The notes beneath the pieces were generated by a model. It saw only the letters and a program-made list of their open reading frames with translations, had not been told where the DNA came from and searched no databases. DNA of 53,607 bases, filler included, from Sphacelaria rigidula (lineage: Eukaryota): assembly GCA_964200075.2 (NCBI GenBank). It is 5 parts of 5 records of this genome, joined end to end, with 100 filler letters (N's around TTAATTAATTAA, not from the genome) between each part and the next. Parts side by side here need not be neighbours in the genome. Positions count along the whole stretch, not along the records: positions 1 to 10,642 come from CAXNAA020006155.1; positions 10,743 to 21,384 come from CAXNAA020006156.1; 3 more parts are not named here. One strand, 5' to 3'. Below, in pieces: positions 1 to 10,804 of the stretch; the stretch's first letter is position 1, and the number at the start of each line of letters is the position of its first letter. A program made the position numbers and the translations under genes.

Positions 1-70
1 TTTCCTGTTTTGTTCGGCTTGTTTAACAAGGAACTTATCCAAAATTTTTGATTATTCAAATTATTGACTA

Positions 71-301
71 TTTTGGGCCATTGTCTTCCACGAAAAACCA
101 CTTCAACCGACGTTGAACGCAGCCAATAGTCGTTCAAATGCGCTTACTCCCGATAAATAACGCTCATACATACCGCTTTACACAGCTTTTACCCAAATGC
201 AAGTGCACCGCGAGTGTCTCAGGCCGTTTTACGCATCCATGAGCACATTGTTTCGTGGAATCGAACACCCCCCCCCCTCCCCCCCTATCGTATCACAGCT
301 C
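71..301 (+). mobile_element. MITE family A copy, left TIR missing
   Basis: Matches the 9366-9614, 36483-36750 and 48547-48796 copies (ttcttccacgaaa...ttttacccaaatgcaagtgcaccgcgagtg...ttcgtggaatcgaacacccccc-ctatcgt). Confidence 0.8.
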
Positions 302-458
302 GGCCCACAACCTTTTCAATAACGCAACGTTCCATTTCAGGCATGGTTTCGTCTGGTTGCGATTACGCTAGAGTATGTGAGACTTGAACGGCAGAGGCTG
401 CTGCTCGCAAATACGTTATTCTTTTGCCCACTTTCAGGATAAATTGGCGAGCAAAACG

Positions 459-546
459 AGGATGTATTTCAAAGAGCTTCTGCTGTACAAACCCCCTCTG
501 CCAGTGTATGGGGTTTGTACAGCAGAAGCTCTTCGGAATATATCCT
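459..546. repeat. Near-perfect inverted repeat/hairpin (~37-bp arms, 14-nt loop)
   Basis: ggatgtatttcaaagagcttctgctgtacaaacccc (460-495) pairs with ggggtttgtacagcagaagctcttcggaatatatcc (510-545), with 3 mismatches. Confidence 0.85.
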
Positions 547-2925
547 TCATGCCCAATTCCAATTTTCAATTTATTCCGAACAGCAGAGGCTGTTCAAATT
601 CCGGATCTCCCTAGCACGAGTGCCTTCAAAATCAGCCCAGAGGATTTCAATATTAACACAGAACTTCGAAGGAGAACCCAACATTCAAAATTAAAATCCT
701 CTAGGGGATTGCGAATGCCCAAGACCTTCTAGTGGGGATTTCAAAACTGACGGAAGTGGAGCTGACCTTTGGAAAATCCCCTAAAGGATCTTCGACGGTA
801 GCCGGATGGCCGCGTGTGAATCGGATGGTGTCCCCCAGCCTCGAGAGCAGTAACGCCTCGGCTGTGGATAGAGGCCTTTGCGAGGCAGCCCTCCCATCTC
901 TATCCACTCTTGAGCTGGCACATTCATCTGCTTCAATCGCTACTTTCCTTTCGGTGAATGCGAGTAACAGCTACGAATGGACATAATCAAGCTACAAACA
1001 ATCGAAAACAAGTTTCCTGTCTGATCAATAGGCACGTATACCTACTGCGTGATAAGATAAGATAAAAGAAACACAGAGTGTGTCAGATACATACTCGTTG
1101 TCGACCAAAATAGTTAGGGACTGCATCGTGCGGACACTCAAGAGAATGTACACCTCTTGTCTTCATCACATTGTTGCAACGATACGAAGCAAAATCCGGT
1201 TTATCAAGGGGATGGTACGAGTGTTGATCGCACATGACCCCAAAACACGGTCATTCGGCTGTAGCGCAGTGAATACCGAAAGTATCCAATAACCTGAAGC
1301 CGTCAAATTGCTCATGAGCACCAGTGCTAGTTTTTCCATTACGTAATGGCACATGGCATAGTCTGAAGAAAAAGCCGTGGTAGCTCATCAGCGGAGCACG
1401 TTGTTCGTGGCCTTGCACAAACCTGTTCAGAATTCGATGAGGAACGGTGATTAGTGTGAGACGCGCGTGCAGCACGCACACGACGGGTCAGCACCCGTTG
1501 AGGTGATGCCGATTCAAATTCGAAAAAGAAGTGAATACCGCTGCATCTGGTCAGTTATGATGAACACAACTAGCATGAATACCGTAGGGTAGCGGCAGCA
1601 CTGCAACAGCACTGCAGAGACACGGGGAAAATAAGTACATTTGAGACGATGGGGCATGCGTTCAAGATCAAAACACGCTCGAGGTGTGCCAGCTCTGCCT
1701 CAAGAGGAAGATCGAGTTCAATGGAGAGCGGTGGCATGGTTGTATCTCGTGCCTTATGATTGTCGAATAAATAAGATGCCGATTCGATTTTCGAGTGAAA
1801 TCGATGCCGATTCCACAAACGAGCGGTCGAGATGGATGACGGTACCCCTGACGACCGAAGAGTCCACTGAGGCGTGGACGCAGGTAATTAAACAGAACTC
1901 ATAACAATGCCAGCCCTAACGCCTTATAGAACACAGTGCAGAGAGTAAATGCACTCCAAACCCAAGCAAAAACGGAACGCACCCTCAATGTCCAGCGAAA
2001 TGCCAACGAAGAGGTATCAGTGAAAACGTGTAATCTAAAATCAAGTAACGACAAAATGTTGACTTCTCAGAGCTTCAGAGGACAAAATGACCCTGGAAGA
2101 TATTTACTATAAAGTCACATAAAGGTCAAAATGCAGCCCTCTGAGAGCTCGACAGCGAAAGGACACACGTCTGCCGGGAAGACGTTACAGGCGAATGTTA
2201 ACTGCTACGCGTATTAGTTTTTTCTTCTCGATTACACATATTCTGTGTTTGCCGCGGAGAAGGGACGCGGTAGCATTCATTCGGGTGATCTCTTGGACTG
2301 ACACCCCTTTCTCGTTTAGAACGCGTACACGCAGTTTCTCGATATTAAAATCTACGCAAGTGGTTTGCAAAAATTGACACATATGATAAACTGCAGTACT
2401 CGCGTCATTATCTTGTATTGTTGCTGTCTTTCTGTGTGCGAATTCGGTTACCCGTGCTCATATCATTCATGATAGAGTTGCAGACTTCGGTTGTACCCAA
2501 TGATCGCTGAAGCCCATCATTCAACTGAGGCGCGTGCGGTATGATGACTTGTAGTTGTGGATCATCACTGGTTGTAAACATTATCCGAGCCGTAGACAGC
2601 GGAGACGCGACATTCCTCCGTATCAAGAGCTCAAGAAGGAGCATATTCCCCTTTGTCCCTATGTCACCTGAATCACAGTGTTTTATACGCTCCCCTTTTT
2701 TATGGAGTGGCGGAGAGAAATCACAACCCGCATCTTGGGCAGGTCGCCCTACTAGATGCTTGGGATAGCTTTCATAGGATTGTGTGATTTCTTTCCACTA
2801 CTGATGGAGTGGTGCAGCGAAAACAACTCTGCTGCTGACTCGGATTCCTTTGACATGCCTGGTGTACGGCGACCGGTAACACAATAGTTAATTATTACAG
2901 AGATCGCATGGTATATACAGTATAT

Positions 2926-3275
2926 TGTGGAAGGTACCTCTTTGCAGTGACATATCAGAGACCGATGCCACACATGTATGAATAACCAGCGCAAGCAGGT
3001 ACAAGGTAGGAACGGTCCGGATCGACCAGATCACCGAGGACTCTGTAATACCAACGAAACTAGACAGCTCGGGGTGATGCCAGGAAGAGCCAAATATTAG
3101 GGTGGTCTAACATTCCTCGAGGAACTGGTCGCCCCTGGCCACCACTTCTCGTCCGACCCCTTCTTGCCTACATATACAAGAGGAAATCATCGTCAGCCTG
3201 GGAGTTTTTCTTCGGCATCAGGACGGCAATCTCCCCCGTAGATCTCTGACTAGCCTAGCGATACGCCTTCCTCAC
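2926..3275 (+). repeat. 5' LTR
   Basis: Starts TGTGGAAGGTACC and aligns end-to-end with 8048-8396. Confidence 0.92.
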
Positions 3276-3453
3276 TCAGAACAGAACTCAGGCAAGACAG
3301 GCTGTAGAAGTAAAAAAATAGAACGAGGACCGACTGCTCTCCGACACCGGAAACACTAGGGTCCTCCAAGGAGCCTTACTCCAGGTGAACCATATGGGTC
3401 ATGTGCATAATTATTCGCGTTGAGAGGTTATCGGAGTCATGTGTTTGGGTCAA

Positions 3454-3642
3454 CGCGAAATCAGTCCCCTCAATGTGCATTGGTATATCACCCGCATGAC
3501 TAATCAAAGAGCGAAACGCGAAGTTAGACTCCTCAGGGTGCAGTATATGTCACCTGTATGGCTCGTCAAACAGCGAAAACTCGAAATTAGTCTCATCAGC
3601 GTACATTATATGTCACCAGAATGGCTAATTAAACAGCGAAAT
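3454..3642 (+). repeat. ~62-bp degenerate tandem repeat x3 in the LTR-element leader
   Basis: Recurring c(g/t)cgaa...tat(g/a)tcacc...atg(g/a)ct...aaa(c/g)agcgaaa. Confidence 0.65.
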
Positions 3643-4399
3643 CGCACTGATCAACCAACCTTTCCACAGTGCGAAAGGCACGACAATTAATCAAGCAGAC
3701 CGACCTCTGGAAACGCGGTGACTCGAAATAGCACTGACAAACAAATTTACCCAACTTGCGAATGCATTACCTTGTCATTCCCTACCATTCACCAAACGAA
3801 AGAAAGGAAGGTATATTGGATGGCTTTACCGCATCCCAGCCCACAAGCTGAGAGGAGTCGAAAACTACAGACAGTTCAAGATTCCACACCTCATCACGCA
3901 TGAGATGGAGAAAAGTGTCAACCGTCTGGTGAAAAGTACATATAGGAGAGATGCGGGTTTCCTAGTCAATACAGTAATTCATTCCTCTAGAGGGGCACCA
4001 AAACAGCCCTCAGTTGTAATGTGAAAGTACATACTGTAAGCAGAGGCTGGAAAAGAGCACGGTGAGAGTTGTTTCCTGAGCAGCCGTCAGAGAAGCCGTG
4101 TAAAAAGCAATACACCACACAAAAGACCATCATCGTCGAAATTGAAGCTCAGCTTGTTGAGGCTCTCATCCTGCTACATTCTGCGCCGTACCCCAATGAA
4201 TCGGTAACGTTACATTCCGCGCTGACACATGTTCAACCGGCAGCCAGAAAAGCAGCAATGTGATAAGCAGGGGCTGTTGATTTCAAATCGAAACACCAGT
4301 CTTCCTTTTGCAACCCTATCTTGGACGATCACTGTTATGATTCATACAACGCATCATCACTCGCCAGGTATACAGATGCACCCCTAGCGCTATCCTGTG

Positions 4400-4766
4400 C
4401 ATCAGCCCGCGTTAGAGTTGTAGCCAGAGTAAACGGTACCTCCGCTGAAAAAACCACAATCGATTACGCAGCAGATGTCCGTGTATCAGCAAAAAGTTCA
4501 TAGATGAACACCCGGCCATCATGGCAGCTGATATGAAGCCAGTACCGCCGGGATTTATAGATCTCAGAAGTGCGGCCGGCTCCCCCATAAAAATTCTAGG
4601 GTTCATTCAGTTCGAGCCTACGTCGGAGATAAAGACTGTACCAACAGAATCGTTTGTATTACCTAATCTGGGGCCGGATTGTCTATTACTAGACAACTCC
4701 ATTGTGAGTGCTTTCAAAGCTATATTCTGTACTCGACTGGCAGACGGAAGAACAAACATTCCGTGA
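4400..4766 (+). pseudogene. Retroviral-type aspartic protease remnant (Gypsy pol)
   Basis: VNG...TIDYAADV resembles a degenerate D(S/T)GA motif. It is followed by LRSAAGSPIKILGFIQF...FVLPNLGPDCLLLDN. Stops and frameshifts present. Confidence 0.7.
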
Positions 4767-5289
4767 TTCCAGCATAAAAATCAAAGCCTCGCATCGAAAA
4801 CAACAAGGCTCACATAAAAACAACACACTGAAACAACATGCTGTTCTAAAATCGGTGTGAGATGTTCTAATCTTGCTCCACTTTCTCACAAAAAATGCAG
4901 TGTGCCACCACAAAGTGAAATGGCAGTATTAGTTGGAACGGAAAATACCCTGTCAACAACAGCAGCAGTTGTCGTGGAGCCGCGCGTAAAAACCGAGGAA
5001 GACCCTCAATCGCCTGATGTACCTCAAGCATTCACGTGAATCATTGTTTCAAGGACAGCATGCACGTAGTCGGCGACGAATAAAACGGAAATGGTACAAA
5101 TTACCAACTTGTCGAGCCGACATATAGACCCCGGGAAAACTTTATAATAATAAGAGATAAAAGCCGGAGAAACTTTATGTTTGTTCGGACATCCTCTCAC
5201 GACCGTTTGCGCTACTCTAGAGCGACGAAAAGCTGAAATCAAACCGTCGCTTACACAAGTATGTGGCAACGTGCCAACAGACCCTGCGC

Positions 5290-6362
5290 TGCAAATGGCT
5301 GAACCACGGTACCAATGTCAAGTATCAGCTGAGAAGCTCGATCGTTTGAAGCCGGTGCAAAGTGACCGAGAGCTGTCAGTCAACCGCGGAAAAATTGCCA
5401 AAGAGCAAATAAATACGGGAGTCGCACACTATGTCAGGGTCACCAACGCCGGAAAAACGGTCCACAACCGGCCAAAATTTGCCGATGAGACACGTTACGG
5501 TAGGACGGCTATACGAAAGAGTGCCGGCGAACCTAGTCCAATACAAAACAACTTCGATGTCAAACGCTGGAGTACTAGGTAAATCAGTACTGTCCGTATC
5601 GGACCACCTCACAAGTGTGTTTTGTTCCTTCCGGTGCCGAAAAAACAGACCACATCAATAGCCAAAACTCTTCTCGACAGAGTCTTTAATGCATTTGGCA
5701 TCCCGGGAAAGCTGCGTTCGACTTAAAGAGCCGAAATCGGAAACAAGCTAATATACGCACGGCAACAAGAGCTGAGTTTCAATAAACCTCGCACGGCACC
5801 GTTACACCCGCAAAGTAACTCAGTGTCGGAACGAACACACTCCACCATGTACGCGATGTTAGCTATGCATATGTCAATTGGAAACAAAAAATGGGCATCA
5901 ATACTTCCGTTCATCCAAATGGCGTACAACACATCCTATCACAGCACAGTACAGGAAATGCTGTATTTATTTCATATTGTTCGGAAGACAGCCCAGGTTA
6001 CCAATCGACACGTTCCCCGGCATACCTGAGGAGAGCCAAGTCGCAAAACCCGAAGAATTTTCCAAACAATCACGGGAAAACCTAAAGTTGGATTTGAAAT
6101 TGCGAGACAAGCTCTACGAGAAAGAGCGAACGAGCAAGAGAACAGAAACGAGTAAGAACCGTTCCCAGTGTTCAAACCCAGTCAAAAGGTACACATGTAC
6201 TGATCATACCAGGACTCAGAAGGGCCGAACCCGAAACTCTAATAACCATGGAGAGGACCTTTCATGATAACTGAGAGACGATCGCCGGTTGTGTACATAA
6301 TCAAAATAGGCGACGACCCTAAAGAAATGTCAGTACATCCCGCTCACTTAAAGAAATATAGT
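5290..6362 (+). pseudogene. Gypsy integrase remnant (core plus GPY/F region)
   Basis: HPQSNSVSERTHSTMYAML...WASILPFIQMAYNTSYHST...LFGRQPRLPIDTF, then WRGPFMITERRSPVVYII...VHPAHLKKY, across frameshifts. Confidence 0.85.
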
Positions 6363-6479
6363 CTGTGGGAAACGCCACCCGCATGAGATGTCGATAAATC
6401 GAGCGAGTTGTTCCTAGACAAACGGACACCTTTACCAGAGAGACGAACCAGACGGAACGTTGCCTACAATAGAACGTTA

Positions 6480-6650
6480 CGCTATCGAAAAGTTGTAGTC
6501 TACGTTCCAGGACCAGATCGGGGAAGTCTCCATAACCATAAGTATAGGTTGGGACTCGAGAGCTACGGCCCAACAGCTGACCTAACCTATCGAGCTGATG
6601 AAACATCACCAGGTAGACACCTCATCGATATATACCGTTATGACAGCGGG
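6480..6650 (+). pseudogene. Divergent chromodomain at the integrase C-terminus
   Basis: KYRLGLESYGPTADLTYRADETSPGRHLIDIYR follows the chromo pattern YxVxWxGY....xxWxxxxxL....LI..Y, in the expected position. Confidence 0.6.
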
Positions 6651-6954
6651 TTAGCAAAGCGCTCACATCCGGAGTCGAAATCCGAAAACACTAGGTAACG
6701 GAAACGGATGTGACTGTTTAACAAACTATTCGAGCTTCCTAGAAAAACGCTCAAGGGTTGAGCAGTAGCCCGGGATCACAATTCGGAGATCAATGAGAGT
6801 CACAAAAGAAGAAAACAAGGAAAAAACGACATTAGAACAATGCAGACATGAACGGGAGAATATATGACATGTCAACCGTGACTGGGGTGCAATTTCTCAA
6901 GGAAGATGACCTCTCAGTAATCGGGGTAGTGCTGACAAGAAGCAAAAATCGTTT

Positions 6955-7800
6955 CGATGATGTTTAACCAAAGAGCACTAGGCTCGCACGACAACCATCA
7001 TACCCACTGCTTTGTTACTAACACGAGGACGTTGTCATTTTCCGGTGTCAGCGGAACCGAAGGCATCCCAGAACCCGGACATGGATAACCCAGGCACCCG
7101 TGGACCGATCAGTGTCCCAGTGCCCAGGCATGTAGAAATAGCAGATGCATCTAGCACCAAAGTGCAAAGGCATCTCGTGGTAACAGGTCACATGGGACAC
7201 ACTTACATGCCACAAAATCATACGAAGCAAATATCATGTCGATGTTTCACCAAAGAGCACAACGCTCACAAGATAAACATCAGACCCACCGCTTTGATAC
7301 TAACGCTAGGACTTCGTCCTACTCCGGTGTCAGTGGAACCGAAGGCATCCCAGAACCCAGGTATGAATACCTCGAGCGCCTGTGGACTGATCGGTGTCCC
7401 AATACTTGGTCATGTATACCTAACTGATGCAGCCTGCACCAAAGTGCAAAAGCATCCCATGAAAAATGTGTCACACATGAAGCAGTTACATGACACAAAA
7501 TAACAAAAAACAAGAGCCATTTTGACGGTGTTTAGCCAAAAGAGCACAATTCTCACAGGTTATGTATATATGTATATATCTTCAACACCCCCTCGTTACT
7601 AACCCCAGAACTTAGCCCTACTCCGGTATCCGCGGAACCGAAGGCATCCCAGAACCCGGGCAGGAATAATCCAGGCGCCCGTGGACCGATCAGTGTCCCA
7701 GTGCCCATTCATGCATACCAGCAGATGAAACCAGTACCCAAGTGCAAATACATCTGATCGAAACATGTCACATATGACACAGCTACATGACAGAGAAAAC
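6955..7800 (+). repeat. ~282-299-bp tandem repeat x3 in the 3' non-coding region of the LTR element
   Basis: Identical ggaaccgaaggcatcccagaaccc at 7053, 7335 and 7634, with conserved flanks. Confidence 0.85.
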
Positions 7801-8030
7801 CAAAATTAAGAAGGGTGTCCAATACATGCACTGTTACTGACCACAGGTAGCTAAAACTTACTGGGGTTGTTTACTCAATACCACAGTATAGAGAAGGGCT
7901 ACCTTTGCGATTAGCAGTGGCATGACTCAATCATTGATTGTCACTCAAGGACACTTCCACAATTCTATCATAAGCGAAGCTGATGATCACCTCGTCCCAC
8001 CAACCACAGCCCGGATGGGCTTGAGGCACA

Positions 8031-8047
8031 TGAAGGGGGGGGGGGAA
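8031..8047 (+). other. Polypurine tract
   Basis: tgaagggggggggggaa immediately before the 3' LTR TG. Confidence 0.85.
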
Positions 8048-8396
8048 TGTGAAAGATACCTCTTTGCAGTGACATATCAGAGACCGATGCCACACATGTA
8101 TGAATAACCAGCGCAAGCAGATACAAGGTGGGAACGGTCCGGATCGACCAGATTACCGAGGACTATGTAATGCCAACGAAACTAGACAACTCGGGGTGAT
8201 GCCAGGAAGAGCCTAATATTAGGGCGGTCTAACTTTCCTCGAGAAACTGGTCGCCCCTGACGACCACTTCTCGTCCGACCCCTTCTTGCCTACACATACA
8301 AGAGGAAATCATCGCCAGCCTGGGAATTTCTTCGGCATCGGGACGGCAATCTCCCCCGTAGGTCTCCGACGACTCTAGCAATACGCCTTCCTCACA
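8048..8396 (+). repeat. 3' LTR
   Basis: TGTGAAAG...CCTCACA, followed by the TSD ATAT. Confidence 0.92.
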
Positions 8397-8904
8397 ATAT
8401 TAATATTACCAATGTAGAAAACTCATTCCACAAGTAACACGCAGGCATCGTCTAGATATCCACACAAAAACATTATCTAGGGCACGACACCCCAACAGAG
8501 CAAAGCCTTACATCTACACCACAACGTCAAAGTCAGGTAGTGGAAGTTAGGTTGCGATCCCCACAACCACCACTACCGTCAGTGCCACCACCTCCACTAA
8601 ATCACGTGCACGTGGAGGTGGGTTAAATCGAGAATGAGTGGGAGCGCTGCCCCACGCTGAGCTTCTTTTCTTTTCTCAACGCCACGCTCACATCACCACC
8701 CCGTGTATCTTTGCTATCTGAGTCACCCAACTCTCCCTTGCAAATACCCACGGTGGACGTAGCAGCATCGACACTTCCACTTGCCCGGGGCCCGCGACCG
8801 CCCCGTGCCCAAGCTCGCGCATGTTTCTTCTTCCCACCCACCATATCTCGCCGCACCACCTGGACCGCTTCCTGACCCCCTAGCACCTGCCAGAAAAAAG
8901 AAGA

Positions 8905-9313
8905 AAGAGGTAAAATAACAGTAGTCGACAGGAAGAGGCAGCGGATGCACAGAGGCAACGGGGAGAATATTCGTGAAGCGGAAGAATGTGAACTATACAA
9001 GGAGGGACGGGACTTGTCAGAAAAGGAGATGAGGAAACCAAACGAATGTGGTATGAAAAAGTTAGGTACACTAAATAGTAGCGAGAAGACGATCGCTATA
9101 TTTTGAGGTTTGTGGTGACCATAGACGGCAAAACAGCAAGGGAATAAAATGAGTGAAATATTCTCAAGTACTGGGTGGGAGAAGAACTGATGAGAGCGAC
9201 CAAATGTCGGTGGTGTCTCTTTTTGGGGCAGGAACGGTGCTCCGTCTCGGGAGGGTTGCGTGGCCAAGGGTCAAACAACTAAGGCAAGCAAAAAATTAGT
9301 ACGCACCCCCCCC
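8905..9313 (-). repeat. Dispersed repeat family D (~410-bp copy)
   Basis: Reverse complement aligns to 52374-52760 and ends at the fixed ...gtacgcaccccc terminus. Confidence 0.7.
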
Positions 9314-9365
9314 TAATCCGCCCCTCACCTCTAGACTCTTGGGTTGGCGTCGAGTGGCAACGGCA

Positions 9366-9614
9366 GAGTCATGCTACGATAGGGGGGTGATGTTTGGGTC
9401 GCTTTTTTCCACGAAATTCAACTTGCAATCGTTGTTGATAGCAGCGGAGGTAGTTCAAACGCGCTTGCTTCCGATTTGTAATGCTCACTCATACTGTTCG
9501 GCATCGCTTTTACCCAAATGCAAGCGCACCGCGAGAGTGTTGGATCGTCTGACGCACCTATAAGCCCATTTTTTCGTGGAATCGAACACCCCCCCCCCTA
9601 TCGTTGCATGACTC
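9366..9614. mobile_element. MITE family A (Sola2-like), complete
   Basis: TIR GAGTCATGCTACGATAGGGGGG / CCCCCCTATCGTTGCATGACTC, perfect 4-bp TSD GGCA, 249 bp. Confidence 0.88.
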
Positions 9615-9769
9615 GGCACTGTAAAACAAGTCACCAAAACCTAGACAAATGTACAGACTGTCACCGTACATATACCGGGGACCGCCACTAGACGAATAAA
9701 GTCCCGGACCGACGGACAAAACTTTAAAAAAATTAAACAACTCAATGCTTTCCCCCCAGAAATACACAA

Positions 9770-10631
9770 AATGGATATAGACATGATACACCTAAGATGG
9801 ACTCTTTTCCCCTGTATTTTTTCCCACCTATCATAACACAGCCCGGATACAGACATGAAATAAAGAAGCTAACCATCACTTTTATTTATATTACCAAAAC
9901 ACAACCCGGACATAGACATGAAATGGATAAGTTGGTCCCCCTTTTTCTTTACCCTGTCATAACGCAGCCCGGACATAGACATGAAATAAAGAAGCTAAGC
10001 CTCCTTTTTCTTTACCCTACCATAACACAGTCCGGACATAGACATGAAATAGAGAAGCTCACCCTCCTTTTTCTTCAACCTACCATAACACAGCCCGGAC
10101 ATAGACATGAAATAGAGAAGCGGCACTTTCTACGATAACCCCCCCCCCTGAAACCAGCTAAACGTGTCACGAAAAAAATGGTCATACAGCGCCTGATGTT
10201 CGGGATCAGGCTGCATGAAGCGCCTCATATTGGCGACATTGGGTAGCACGATCCCAAGCGTGGGAATTCCAAACTTCTCGTTGCGCTCGGCTTTTCCCAT
10301 TTCGATTTATGTGAAGATTTTGCCTCCCGAAACCATGCACTTTTTGGGGGGGGGCTATCGTAGAAAGTGTCAAGCTAACCTTCCTTTTTCTTTAACCGAC
10401 TATAACACAGCTCGGACATAGACATGAAATAAGAAAGCTAACCCTCCTTTTTCTTTACCCTACCATAACACAGCCCGAACATAGACATGAAATAGAGAAG
10501 CCCACCCTCCTTTTTCTTTACCCTACCATAACACAGCCCGGACATAGACATGAAATAGAGAAGCTCACCCTCCTTTTTCTTTACCCTGTCATAACACAGC
10601 CCGGACATAGACATGAAATAGAGAAGCTAAC
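9770..10631 (+). repeat. 63-bp minisatellite (~9-10 units), interrupted by MITE B
   Basis: The unit cataacacagcccggacatagacatgaaatagagaagctcaccctcctttttctttaccctac recurs every 63 bp (e.g. 9965, 10028, 10091 and 10471, 10534, 10597). Confidence 0.92.
10122..10371. mobile_element. MITE family B, complete
   Basis: TIR G(G/A)CACTTTCTACGATA(A/G)CCCCCCC, perfect 4-bp TSD AAGC, 250 bp. Confidence 0.88.
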
Positions 10632-10642
10632 GACACTTTCTA
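10632..10642. mobile_element. Start of another MITE B TIR, cut by the contig end
   Basis: gacactttcta directly before the N linker. Confidence 0.6.
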
Positions 10643-10742
10643 NNNNNNNNNNNNNNNNNNNNNNNNNNNNNNNNNNNNNNNNNNNNTTAATTAATTAANN
10701 NNNNNNNNNNNNNNNNNNNNNNNNNNNNNNNNNNNNNNNNNN
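10643..10742. other. Artificial contig-joining linker (N44-TTAATTAATTAA-N44)
   Basis: Exactly 100 bp, with a central 12-mer that puts stops in all six frames. Recurs identically four times. Confidence 0.97.
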
Positions 10743-10804
10743 TAGGAGCCCCTGAACCAGACAAAATTTCGCGAAAAAAGTGCACCCCTACCGTAGCGTT
10801 GCTC
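10743..10804 (-). mobile_element. MITE family C terminus, cut by the contig start
   Basis: Reverse complement gagcaacgctacggtaggggtgcacttttttcgcgaaatt... matches 49062-49123. Confidence 0.8.

Larger units (their letters stand above)
2926..8396 (+). mobile_element. Ty3/Gypsy (chromovirus-like) LTR retrotransposon, full span, decayed, RT/RNaseH not detectable
   Basis: Two ~350-bp direct repeats (2926-3275, 8048-8396; TG...CA; ~93% identical by eye). ATAT TSD at 2922-2925 and 8397-8400. Polypurine tract before the 3' LTR. Protease, integrase and chromodomain remnants inside. Confidence 0.92.

Noticed and set aside
8623..9267. 214-aa minus-strand ORF
   Set aside because: Mostly overlaps the family D repeat; only a weak possible exon below 8887 with no further support.
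9770..10631. CRISPR-like periodic array
   Set aside because: Units are homologous along their whole 63 bp with no unique spacers, no cas genes and a eukaryotic context; it is a minisatellite.
10687..10698. TTAATTAATTAA palindrome recurring every ~10.74 kb
   Set aside because: Centred in fixed N runs; a six-frame-stop assembly spacer.
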